Below, in pieces: positions 24,633 through 32,616 of a stretch of DNA of 35,741 bases (its first letter is position 1; each line of letters begins with the position of its first letter). The translations under genes were made by a program, and so were the position numbers. The notes beneath the pieces are model-generated. The model saw only the letters and a program-made list of their open reading frames with translations. It was not told the DNA's origin and did not search any database. Source of the DNA: Deltaproteobacteria bacterium (lineage in GTDB: Bacteria; UBA10199; 2-02-FULL-44-16). The DNA is taken from positions 1-35,741 of the forward strand of contig JACQOX010000113.1 of the NCBI GenBank assembly GCA_016202335.1, in the 5' to 3' direction.

Positions 24633-25802
24633 ATGTACCGTAAACTAAATCTCGATCGCGATCGCATTGATGACTGCAGGAAGGTGGCAGGGCGAATTCT
24701 GGCGCCCGTGCTCCGCCACATCAAACATCATTCTTCTCCGGCAATTGAGATCGCGACCTTGCAATGCCTTGGGCTCGAAGCCGATGCTGCCAGGAGCATG
24801 GTTGAAAACCTGGGAAAAGATCGCCTTCGCCTCGGTGCTGCAACGTGGCTGGACAGTGCGAAAGAACAGGGCTTGGTCAAAGAAAAACTTGTAGCGGTGA
24901 TGCAAAGGTTTAGTGTCGATGCGGATCCCATTCATAACGTGCTCTTTGGGCAGATGGCGGCAAAGCGTTCTTTTGTTGATCACTTTTTCGCATGGATGTG
25001 TGCCGCGAAAACAGGGCGAGTGGTGGTGACGCGCGAAGATGTGTTGCTCGATCATGTCGACGCCTATCGCCACGGGCATCAGGCTTTGGCGAGTATATTT
25101 CTGAACGAAGCGTTCGCAGCAGCCGCAGGTATAGGCCCTGAACACTTTAGTCCAACGCATGCTTTTGCCGTCGATACGAATGTGGAAGAAGGTTTTCTCG
25201 TTGAGATTGCGCATGCTCAGGTGATGCGCGAAGTTTTTTTACGGAGTCCCATTCGATTTACCATCACCTCTCGCGATGATGCAGATGCAGAACGAACTTC
25301 CTGGCGAAGAGTGCTCTTTCAGGTCGTGGGTGCAATAACAGAGCAGTCGATAATCATTGATGAGAATTTAAAGGCAGGGTGGTTTTCTTCTTTTGCGCGG
25401 ACAATCGGCGATGAGCTCCTCATCAATTCCAACGGAAAAATTTCGCGCCGTGCGCTGACCTTCGTGGAAAACACGCACAAGCATTTAAAGAAGATCGAAG
25501 ATCTGACGCTGTTCAAGGCGTTTGAAAATGGAATGTTCGCCAACCGCGAATGCCCTGAAAATGAGGGGAAGGGACTTGATGGGCTTTTCCAAAAAGATCG
25601 GAATTATTTCAATCCTCTGCTCGATTGGTTGACGCAGCCATTGAACGCAGAAGCGGACGGAGCTGAAGCTTCCGCTCCCAAAGAAAAATCTCAGCGACCC
25701 CAGAAAGCTCACAAAAGTGGAAGTCGCCGTCGTGGCTCTCGCGGTCGAGGCCGTGGTGGACGAAAAGGGCCGCGACCTCAGGGGCAGAAGGCAAAGGAGT
25801 AA
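24633..25802 (+). CDS. Lysine 5,6-aminomutase alpha-subunit (KamD)-like protein, truncated core, with a C-terminal Arg/Gly/Lys-rich tail
   Basis: ATG at 24633 (MYRKLNLD...); the track start at 24594 is TTG. Blocks resembling KamD, from memory:
- KLNLD at the N-terminus.
- HSSPAIEIATLQCLGLEA.
- ALASIFLNEAFAAAAGIGPEHFSPTHAFAVD..EGFLVEIAHAQVMREVF.
- GKGLDGLFQKDRNYFNPLLDWL.
The homologous part is roughly 150-200 aa shorter than KamD. The tail is KSQRPQKAHKSGSRRRGSRGRGRGGRKGPRPQGQKAKE. Confidence 0.6.
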   Translation: MYRKLNLDRDRIDDCRKVAGRILAPVLRHIKHHSSPAIEIATLQCLGLEADAARSMVENLGKDRLRLGAATWLDSAKEQGLVKEKLVAVMQRFSVDADPIHNVLFGQMAAKRSFVDHFFAWMCAAKTGRVVVTREDVLLDHVDAYRHGHQALASIFLNEAFAAAAGIGPEHFSPTHAFAVDTNVEEGFLVEIAHAQVMREVFLRSPIRFTITSRDDADAERTSWRRVLFQVVGAITEQSIIIDENLKAGWFSSFARTIGDELLINSNGKISRRALTFVENTHKHLKKIEDLTLFKAFENGMFANRECPENEGKGLDGLFQKDRNYFNPLLDWLTQPLNAEADGAEASAPKEKSQRPQKAHKSGSRRRGSRGRGRGGRKGPRPQGQKAKE

Positions 25803-25806
25803 TCCT

Positions 25807-26742
25807 ATGTCGGGCATCGGTATTGTTTTAAATCCGCATTCACGCGCCAACCGCAAAGATCCTGGCCGAGCCCGTCGCTTTGGCTTTATCGTCGGTGACA
25901 AGGGATCGTGTTACGAAACGCAGACCTTGGCTGACGTAGAACGCCTGGCCAAGGAATTCCGTGATCGGGGTATTGAAATCCTGGGGATTTCCGGTGGCGA
26001 TGGCACGCTTCACAAAACGCTGTCGGTTTTCGTGAAGGTCTATGGTGATCGACCTTTGCCGCGAATTGCCTTTCTGCGCGGCGGAACCATGAACAACGTG
26101 GCGACGACCCTCGGTATCCACGGAACTTCCGATGAAATCCTCTCGCGGCTTATCCTCAAATATCATCGTGGCGATGATTTCCCGACCACCCAGGTTCCGC
26201 TTCTTCGTGTGAACCATGAATACGGCTTCCTATTTGGCCTCGGCATGCCCACCCGTTTTCTGCAGACCTATGGAAGATATGGCGAAGAAAGTCAGACGCC
26301 ATATCGCGCGGCAGCGCTGGTAGCGGGTTACACCCTTTCTGCGCTGATGAATGGCAAGGCTGCAGCGCGCATGTGCCGTCGTTTTGACGCCCATCTGACC
26401 GTTGATGGCGAAGTCCTGCCGTTTAAAAATTATATTCTCATCTTCGGAGGAACGATCGAATGCGCCTGCTTTAATTTCCGACCGTTGTATCGGACCCGCC
26501 AATTCGAAGGGAGATTTCAAATCCTGGGATTATCCTGTACACCGCGGCATCTGGCGCTGATGATTCCCCAAATCTTGATGGCGAAGCCCATCGCGTCTGA
26601 CTGCATGCTCGATCGCGTGGGAAGTTCGGTGGTCATCGAATGCAGCGAACCTCTGCGTTATATGATTGACGGCGATATTTCGGAAGAAGTTCAAAGGATT
26701 GAATTAGGGCTCGGGCCGAAATTGGAGTGTGTTATTCCTTGA
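25807..26742 (+). CDS. Diacylglycerol-kinase-catalytic-domain / NAD-kinase-fold kinase (YegS/BmrU-like)
   Basis: ATG at 25807 lies 7 nt after AAGGAG (25794-25799). IGIVLNPHSRAN and GISGGDGTLHKTL are the typical DAGK_cat motifs. The track extension to 25717 overlaps the upstream gene and is rejected. Confidence 0.75.
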   Translation: MSGIGIVLNPHSRANRKDPGRARRFGFIVGDKGSCYETQTLADVERLAKEFRDRGIEILGISGGDGTLHKTLSVFVKVYGDRPLPRIAFLRGGTMNNVATTLGIHGTSDEILSRLILKYHRGDDFPTTQVPLLRVNHEYGFLFGLGMPTRFLQTYGRYGEESQTPYRAAALVAGYTLSALMNGKAAARMCRRFDAHLTVDGEVLPFKNYILIFGGTIECACFNFRPLYRTRQFEGRFQILGLSCTPRHLALMIPQILMAKPIASDCMLDRVGSSVVIECSEPLRYMIDGDISEEVQRIELGLGPKLECVIP

Positions 26743-27448
26743 TTAGCCGCAGATTTCCTTCCGCGACATCCCGCTTTGCCTGTTCATATCTTTCAGGCGT
26801 TCCCACATCGTTCCAATAACCTTCATGCAAAAACGTCGTGATGCGGCCGCCGGCTTTGAGCAGCGGGAGAAATCCATCTTTGACGAGGCAGGAAGGGCGA
26901 TCGGCCGGAGGTAGGATTTTCAGAAGTTTCGGGCCCATGACCATGAGGCCGGTATAAAACACATCGCCATTCCCAAAACCGAGGACAAATCCCTGTTCGT
27001 CGCGAGCGACTGAATTATAAGGATCTCCGGGCGAGAGGCGTCGCACCACCAGGGTCGCGTCGGCCTGGGAAGAATCATGATGGTCGATGATAACCTGGAC
27101 ATTGCCTTCCATCAGGCTATCGCTGTTCATGACGATGAACGGATCATTGCCAAAGAAGACGCCGGCCTTTTTGATGCCCCCGCCCGTGCCCAAGATCTGG
27201 GCTTCTTCCGAATAATGCACAGTGAGCTCGTACCTTTTCCCATCGCCCACGTATTCACGAATCTGCGATCCCAGATGATGCAGATTGATCATGATGTTTT
27301 CAATGCCGGATCGTTTTAAAAAAGTGAGCGGATAATCGATGAGGCGATGGCCATCGAGCGGCAGCAGCGGTTTTGGGGTGGTGTCGGTGAGCGGCTTGAG
27401 TCGCGTTCCGAACCCGGCAGCCAGGAGCATTGCCTTTCTGATCATCAT
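26732..27448 (-). CDS. murU: Sugar-1-phosphate nucleotidyltransferase, MurU-like (N-acetylmuramate-1-P uridylyltransferase)
   Basis: LLAAGFGTRLKPLTDTTPKPLLPL is the nucleotidyltransferase G-x-G-T-R motif. The size is about 238 aa. It lies immediately downstream of an AmgK-like kinase, with an ATGA overlap at 27445-27448. The track start at 27454 is GTG. Confidence 0.7.
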   Translation of the reverse strand: MMIRKAMLLAAGFGTRLKPLTDTTPKPLLPLDGHRLIDYPLTFLKRSGIENIMINLHHLGSQIREYVGDGKRYELTVHYSEEAQILGTGGGIKKAGVFFGNDPFIVMNSDSLMEGNVQVIIDHHDSSQADATLVVRRLSPGDPYNSVARDEQGFVLGFGNGDVFYTGLMVMGPKLLKILPPADRPSCLVKDGFLPLLKAGGRITTFLHEGYWNDVGTPERYEQAKRDVAEGNLRLIKE

Positions 27449-28461
27449 CGCCACTCCGGAAGATACTTGAGGAGCATGTCGTACAGGGCACGATGCTCAG
27501 GAAGTTTCGCTAAAGCGTCTTTCACATATCCAAGTGAGGCGGGAATGAAAGGTAAAAATTTCGGATTTTTCTTCACCTGATCGATGAACACAAAGCGCCC
27601 GGAGTCCTTGAGTTTGCGCTGGACCGTGACCAGGCAGTGTTGTTCGACGACATCATTTATCGTGCGTCCGGTATTTTCCGCAAACCGTGCCAGGCACTCA
27701 TCAAGAAGTTCCTTCGACAAAACGACATAGGAATCCCGCGTCAGTGCCACGAGATCGTACACGGCAGGGCCAAGAAGCGCGTCCTGAAAGTCGATCAGAA
27801 CGAGTTTCCCATCCCGGGCCATGAGATTTTTGCTCTGGAAATCGCGATGAGTAAAACCAAAGGGCAGGGCCGCAATTTTTTCGGTGATGGCGCGCGTCTC
27901 GCGATCGAAAATTCCTCGATCAACGGCAGAGACATCAATGCCGCGCTTTTGTAGGCCGTATTCTAAAAAATGATCGAATTCCCAGTTGAGCAAGGTTGCA
28001 TCGAATGAACGCTGCAAGGCGATGCATTGATCAGGTGATTGACCTGTGGTCTTTTGTTGCAGCTCAACCAAGAGATCCACCGCCTTGAGGTACCAGTCAC
28101 GCTGTGCGGAAGGTCCCTGTTCAAGCGCTTTGATCATCATGACTTCGCCCAGATCTTCGAGGAGCATGATATGGTCTGCGGGACTGTACACGTGAATCGT
28201 TGGAACCGGCAGGCCGCACGACGCCAAGAAGCGCGCGATGTTGATGAACGGCAGCTCGTCCTTCTTGCCTTGGAAGTTGGTGATCTCTTCGGAGACGGAA
28301 GCCGCGCCTTCGGGAAGCTTCATCACGATGAAACTTTGTCCGTCCTTTAAACGTAGGCGATAATACGACCGGGCCGAGGCGTCGCCATGGAGTTTGATGA
28401 GGTCGGCGAGAGGCGAGGAAAAACCGATGTCGCAAAGTAAACGCGTTAAAATATCGTTCAT
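27445..28461 (-). CDS. amgK: Anomeric MurNAc/GlcNAc kinase, AmgK-like (APH-fold phosphotransferase)
   Basis: LHGDASARSYYRL resembles the AmgK N-terminal motif. HRDFQSKN and IDFQD are the APH-fold catalytic and Mg-binding motifs. It is paired with a MurU-like gene, as in the known peptidoglycan-recycling module. Confidence 0.72.
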   Translation of the reverse strand: MNDILTRLLCDIGFSSPLADLIKLHGDASARSYYRLRLKDGQSFIVMKLPEGAASVSEEITNFQGKKDELPFINIARFLASCGLPVPTIHVYSPADHIMLLEDLGEVMMIKALEQGPSAQRDWYLKAVDLLVELQQKTTGQSPDQCIALQRSFDATLLNWEFDHFLEYGLQKRGIDVSAVDRGIFDRETRAITEKIAALPFGFTHRDFQSKNLMARDGKLVLIDFQDALLGPAVYDLVALTRDSYVVLSKELLDECLARFAENTGRTINDVVEQHCLVTVQRKLKDSGRFVFIDQVKKNPKFLPFIPASLGYVKDALAKLPEHRALYDMLLKYLPEWR

Positions 28462-28841
28462 GGATTCACCGTGAGGGTCTGATTCGCATTGCTGACGTTC
28501 TCGCCAACCGTGATCGTAACCGTATTTGCGCCGGCTTGAGCGTCGGGGGGAACGATAAACGTGATCTGCTCCAGTTCATCGGCCGTCGCTGGGGAAAGCA
28601 GTTGATACGTCTCTGCGGTGGTGATGGCGTTGCCGATGGAAATAACGTTGAGCGCGGGAGCAGCAGAAAAGCCGCAACCGAAAAGCGTCACGGGGTCTCC
28701 GGCTTGAGCGCTCGCGGGATCGATGCGAGCGAGCGTTGGTGTGAGGCCCGTGGGAACGCTTTCATTCAGCGCTAGATCGCTTTCGGAACTGCCGCAGCTT
28801 GCGAGGAATAGCGCGAAAAAAATGAAAATGGATTTCATCAT
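28458..28841 (-). CDS. Small lipoprotein with an IPT/TIG-like domain
   Basis: MMKSIFIFFALFLASC is a signal peptide with lipobox LASC. IDPASAQAGDPVTLFGCGFS...VTITVG is IPT/TIG-like. Its stop overlaps the amgK start (ATGA at 28458-28461). Confidence 0.75.
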   Translation of the reverse strand: MMKSIFIFFALFLASCGSSESDLALNESVPTGLTPTLARIDPASAQAGDPVTLFGCGFSAAPALNVISIGNAITTAETYQLLSPATADELEQITFIVPPDAQAGANTVTITVGENVSNANQTLTVNP

Positions 28842-28843
28842 CT

Positions 28844-29236
28844 CTATTCTTTGAATACGCTTTCGATTTTTTCCAAGAATGCTTTGGCGTCGTTTACACG
28901 TTCGGCAGATTCTTCTTCGGTGAAGGGGATTTCGGGTTCGTAGTCGGATTCTTCACGTGCTTTTTGAGCATTGCTGAGCATCGCTGCAAATTTTTTCTCG
29001 AGGAGACCTGTTCTGACAAAATGCAGATTGAATAAACTGCTGAGGCCCGAATGCGATTTGGTTTCAAACCCACGAAGGAAAAGAGCAGCTCGCGCATAAT
29101 GAAATATCGCATAATATGCTCGAGAGACAGCGCCGTCGTATTCTTTGCTTTGATGGAGGATCTCAGCTTGACGAAGCGCGGCCCTCCCGCGTTCTTGCTC
29201 GAGTTCCGCGTTTCGTTTTTTGTTGAGAGCATTCAT
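28844..29236 (-). CDS. HEPN-domain protein (toxin-like partner of the MNT gene)
   Basis: AVSRAYYAIFHYARAALFLRGFETKSHSGLSSLF and ...KAREESDY... match the PF05168-type HEPN pattern from memory. It overlaps the upstream MNT gene by 4 nt. A canonical R-x4-6-H motif is not obvious; the sequence reads R-EESD-Y. Confidence 0.75.
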   Translation of the reverse strand: MNALNKKRNAELEQERGRAALRQAEILHQSKEYDGAVSRAYYAIFHYARAALFLRGFETKSHSGLSSLFNLHFVRTGLLEKKFAAMLSNAQKAREESDYEPEIPFTEEESAERVNDAKAFLEKIESVFKE

Positions 29237-29580
29237 AATGCGATCCCTTCGCGGTCAATGTCCTGGGCGAGCAAGCGCTCTCGATCGCGAAGTTCATCAA
29301 AGCGTGCGTTGCTCATGACAAGCGGTGAAATGTTAATCTCTGTTTCCAGAAAGAGATCCGAAGCGATGTTCCACACAATGTATTTATTTTTAATCGAATG
29401 GGTGCGCAAAAGCACGAGTACATCGACATCTGAGTCTTCATGGGACTCCCCACGAGCGCGCGAGCCAAACAGGATCGCTTTTAAAAAATCATTCGGAAGA
29501 GTGTCCTTTGTTTTTTTGATAAAACGATCAAGAACATCCTGTTCAAGAGTCGTCAGCACTTCTTTCGCTTTTTTATTCAT
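29233..29580 (-). CDS. Minimal nucleotidyltransferase (MNT) domain protein (antitoxin-like partner of HEPN)
   Basis: LFGSRARGESHEDSDVDVLVLL is the G-S-x10-D-x-D nucleotidyltransferase motif. I prefer the ATG at 29580 (MNKKAKEVL...). The track ORF extends to 29616. Confidence 0.78.
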   Translation of the reverse strand: MNKKAKEVLTTLEQDVLDRFIKKTKDTLPNDFLKAILFGSRARGESHEDSDVDVLVLLRTHSIKNKYIVWNIASDLFLETEINISPLVMSNARFDELRDRERLLAQDIDREGIAL

Positions 29581-29654
29581 GGCTGACGCAGATAGCATGG
29601 TTGAAGTCAGGTTCAAGCGGCTTTTTCTTGTAGATATATGAGGCTGTAGCTTCC

Positions 29655-29685
29655 CAGCAACTTTTTCTGAATTCTACCGATAAGA
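29655..29685 (+). promoter_or_regulatory. Two-box promoter-like motif, copy 5: CAGCAAC-N13-TACCGATAAGA
   Basis: CAGCAAC (29655-29661) is followed by a 13-nt T-rich spacer and TACCGATAAGA (29675-29685). AAGGAGG follows, and the ATG of the 726-aa gene is at 29715. Confidence 0.45.
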
Positions 29686-29714
29686 TCATCAGAGTCCTTA
29701 CAAGGAGGGTTTTT

Positions 29715-31895
29715 ATGCTCACGGTCTTATCAGCGGCGCTGTTGCCTTTTCGGGCTGCAATTCCAAATGCGGGTGGAGGGGCCATTGCCACCGAGGCGAG
29801 TGTTTTGGGGAGTGTGTTCGTCGCCAATCACCCTATCCCGGCACAATTTGCGTTGCAGCATCCCTATTTCAGGCCAAACGTTGGTCCAGCACCGACATTT
29901 TCCGATCCACGAGTTCAACGTTTTTATTCGCAATCTCGAGAAGACGGTCTCAACGACGCTCTTTTGCGTCCTTTTCTGAGCAGTGTGTATGGTTACACTC
30001 ATTCGCATTTGAATGACGTCGTGGCGGTACTCAAGATTGACCAACACTTAAGCCCAGATTTTCCACGGGACATCGCGGAAGCCACAGAACGTTATCTCAA
30101 GAAACTTCCTCCACGCGCCGACAAAAATGCCGATGTTATTTTACGCTATTCAGAATTTGAACGTCAGGGCGCCGCTCCGGAAACGTGGCGGAAATACGTA
30201 CGGTACGCACAAGGTGAAAACCTTCGTGCAGAACGTCTTCGTCCGTATGCAGTGGAATACATTCTCCATGTTCCCAAAGCCGTACGACGAGCGCTTGATA
30301 GCGAGGATGAAGTCGGCGAGAGAGAGAAGTTGTCGAAGGTTGGTCTTGTTGCCTTTGTCCGCAAATATCTCGAATTGCTTGAGGGCGACATCAATGGACA
30401 CGTGATCGATTGCCTGGAAGAGCTGCCAAAATCATACAAACAGCGAGTGATGGCAAAACTCGATGCGTACTTCGGTACGACTGGAATTCCTGTAAAAAAG
30501 ACAGACCGCACGCCACTCGACTTTGAACAAGACCGAACGCTTCTCCCGCTGATCCTCAAAACACTTCTCAAAGCACAGGCCGAACCAGGAGCTAAAAATA
30601 GAGAACAAATCGTTCCCGTCATCATTAAATTGGGACTCCGTTTTCTCAATCGATCAGTAGAGTTTCGACAACACGTTGAGGGACTTTCGGAATACTTTCC
30701 TCCAGTGTCGGGAAATTGGTCGGAGGGACATGCCATCTTATTCTATGATCACGTCAAGGCAATCATCATCCACGGCATTCCGCATTATGATTACATCGAA
30801 CTCTTTGATTCTTCAGAAGAGAGGGCAAGCATCCAAGCATCGTTCGCATCGCTCACCCCAGTTCAAAAACATCGGATCGAGGCAGAGACAGCGCTTCGGA
30901 GCTTGGGTAAATTTTTTGAGGAGATCGATGTTTTAGAGGCGAATTATGAGATCTATGCCATTCCGGTCAAAGGGCTTCCCGCAGCTATGGTGATAGACAG
31001 CGGTTCCGACTGCAGCAAAGGTACTGCGGGCAATCGCGCCCTTAACGGTGCGCATACTGTCTATCTTTTCACCGACGCGAAACGCGAAAAACTGTGGGGG
31101 TATCATGAACTGTATGAAGCCGAAAAAGACGGCCCGCTCTATCTGATGTCCGACGTGATGCAGCCATCGACGAACATCGATCTGAAGGGATCTGTTTTTT
31201 TGAAAGAAATGCAGGCGTTTCACCGCGCAATCATCGCGCAATCTCGACTGCAAGGAGAGCCGGTAGTGGCGACGCTTGTGAGCACCGAATCGAAGTTCAT
31301 CTCAAACCGCACCTCCATTGAACTCGCCGCAGAAGCTTATTTAAAAACAGCCCCACGGATGCAGGGAGTAGCAACACGAGAAACCCATTGGACAACCGAT
31401 ATGTGGGCATCTGCGGTGCGATGGATTCAATATGAGCGAGATGCAAAAGCCCTGAAAGCTGCAGTAGAATTATACGGCCTGGTTCAGATTTATAAAAACA
31501 CTTCTGAGAGCTTACTCCCCTGGAACGACCTTAAAGAGAAGTCTCTCCCTGTCAAGCTCATCTGGAAATTCCGCACCACCAGGTCCCCAGCCAATCCTGA
31601 TTTCAACACTTGGGCGCATAAGCTTGCTTCTGACATCCACACAATCACCGGAAAGGATACGTCTTGGTTAGAGGCATCTGCTCGCGTTGCGGCAGGATTC
31701 AGGAAGAAAAAGGGGACACAAAAAATAAAAGAGAAAGAGTTTCGCGCCATGGCGGCATGGAAAAAATATGCAGCAGCGCAAGAGCATTTTGTTACCCAAC
31801 AACGCAAAGAGAATGCGCTGAGGGATCTCGAAACCTCTCCACAGACAGATCCGGGTGCGTCGGCTCTCTTTGTCGATGGCGCGGACATCTCATGA
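29715..31895 (+). CDS. Hypothetical protein (726 aa)
   Basis: Long ORF. ATG at 29715 lies 7 nt after AAGGAGG. The N-terminus MLTVLSAALLPFRAAIPNAGGGAIA is mildly hydrophobic. No recognisable domain. Confidence 0.8.
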   Translation: MLTVLSAALLPFRAAIPNAGGGAIATEASVLGSVFVANHPIPAQFALQHPYFRPNVGPAPTFSDPRVQRFYSQSREDGLNDALLRPFLSSVYGYTHSHLNDVVAVLKIDQHLSPDFPRDIAEATERYLKKLPPRADKNADVILRYSEFERQGAAPETWRKYVRYAQGENLRAERLRPYAVEYILHVPKAVRRALDSEDEVGEREKLSKVGLVAFVRKYLELLEGDINGHVIDCLEELPKSYKQRVMAKLDAYFGTTGIPVKKTDRTPLDFEQDRTLLPLILKTLLKAQAEPGAKNREQIVPVIIKLGLRFLNRSVEFRQHVEGLSEYFPPVSGNWSEGHAILFYDHVKAIIIHGIPHYDYIELFDSSEERASIQASFASLTPVQKHRIEAETALRSLGKFFEEIDVLEANYEIYAIPVKGLPAAMVIDSGSDCSKGTAGNRALNGAHTVYLFTDAKREKLWGYHELYEAEKDGPLYLMSDVMQPSTNIDLKGSVFLKEMQAFHRAIIAQSRLQGEPVVATLVSTESKFISNRTSIELAAEAYLKTAPRMQGVATRETHWTTDMWASAVRWIQYERDAKALKAAVELYGLVQIYKNTSESLLPWNDLKEKSLPVKLIWKFRTTRSPANPDFNTWAHKLASDIHTITGKDTSWLEASARVAAGFRKKKGTQKIKEKEFRAMAAWKKYAAAQEHFVTQQRKENALRDLETSPQTDPGASALFVDGADIS

Positions 31896-31983
31896 AAGCA
31901 CGTTTATTAGGTTTTGCGAAAGAGTTGGACCGGAAATCTCGTCGAGATCTGGCGCGAGTTTGAGCAGCAACGGCCAGAGTGAA

Positions 31984-32616
31984 TTAAGGAATAAGTCTTG
32001 CCAATTTTCCTTCGAGATTGGCTTCAAAAAACGGCCGAATCCAGGCAAGCAGCTCTGACCGGCGGAGCGGGAAAAAACAGCGTTCGCGGAGCTTCCAACA
32101 AAATTTCGCGGCAAAGTGATTGGCGGTTTCGTACCGATCGCGTTCTTCGTGACTGAGGTCCGCGGCGAAGTCTGGAGAGTCAAATTGCCAGGTAAAGATG
32201 TTGTGCGGGGATTTCCCGGCAGCTTCGATCGTCAAGAGATGCAGCACAATAAATTTATCCACTTCCGCCTGGAGTTCCAATTCCAACTGGCTGCACGACT
32301 TATTTCGTCCCGCGCGGTCGATGACATACAGAAAATGGCTGAGGCCTTCCGCAGCATAACCAAGATCGTCATAGCGAAGAGAGCCATGCTGGAGGCGTTG
32401 GCGGATCAGCGGATGCAGGTAAACGCCGAGTTGCACATCATCGTTCGTTTCTTTGACCAACATCGCTTCCATCCCTGAAAATCGGCTTCCGACGCTGATC
32501 TCTTGGTGACCATCATGGCGTGGCTTCAGCGCGAGTAGGTAGGGAGTGATGGCATCGGGAGCGTCGTTGATGCCGTAGAGGTTTTTCAACATCGTATAAA
32601 GCGTTTCGAGGATCAT
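31984..32616 (-). CDS. Hypothetical protein (210 aa)
   Basis: The ORF overlaps the upstream gene's stop by 4 nt (32613-32616). No recognisable domain. Confidence 0.7.
   Translation of the reverse strand: MILETLYTMLKNLYGINDAPDAITPYLLALKPRHDGHQEISVGSRFSGMEAMLVKETNDDVQLGVYLHPLIRQRLQHGSLRYDDLGYAAEGLSHFLYVIDRAGRNKSCSQLELELQAEVDKFIVLHLLTIEAAGKSPHNIFTWQFDSPDFAADLSHEERDRYETANHFAAKFCWKLRERCFFPLRRSELLAWIRPFFEANLEGKLARLIP

Noticed and set aside
24645-25214. 189-aa minus-strand ORF
   Set aside because: It is antisense to the KamD-like gene, whose plus-strand translation carries family-specific blocks.
24633-25802. Annotating the KamD-like gene as a functional lysine 5,6-aminomutase
   Set aside because: The product appears to lack a large part of the barrel. 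No beta-subunit (B12/PLP-binding) gene is adjacent, and it carries an unrelated basic tail. I call it only KamD-like.
25717-25806. Upstream extension of the DAGK-fold kinase ORF
   Set aside because: It overlaps the RG-rich tail of the preceding gene in another frame. The ATG at 25807 has a well-spaced AAGGAG, and the family N-terminus (IGIVLNP) follows immediately.
31930-31952. Near-palindrome CCGGAAATCTCGTCGAGATCTGG between convergent genes
   Set aside because: Only the inner 13 nt (ATCTCG-T-CGAGAT) are truly symmetric, and the 1-nt centre leaves no room for a loop. This is within chance expectation, and no second copy was seen.
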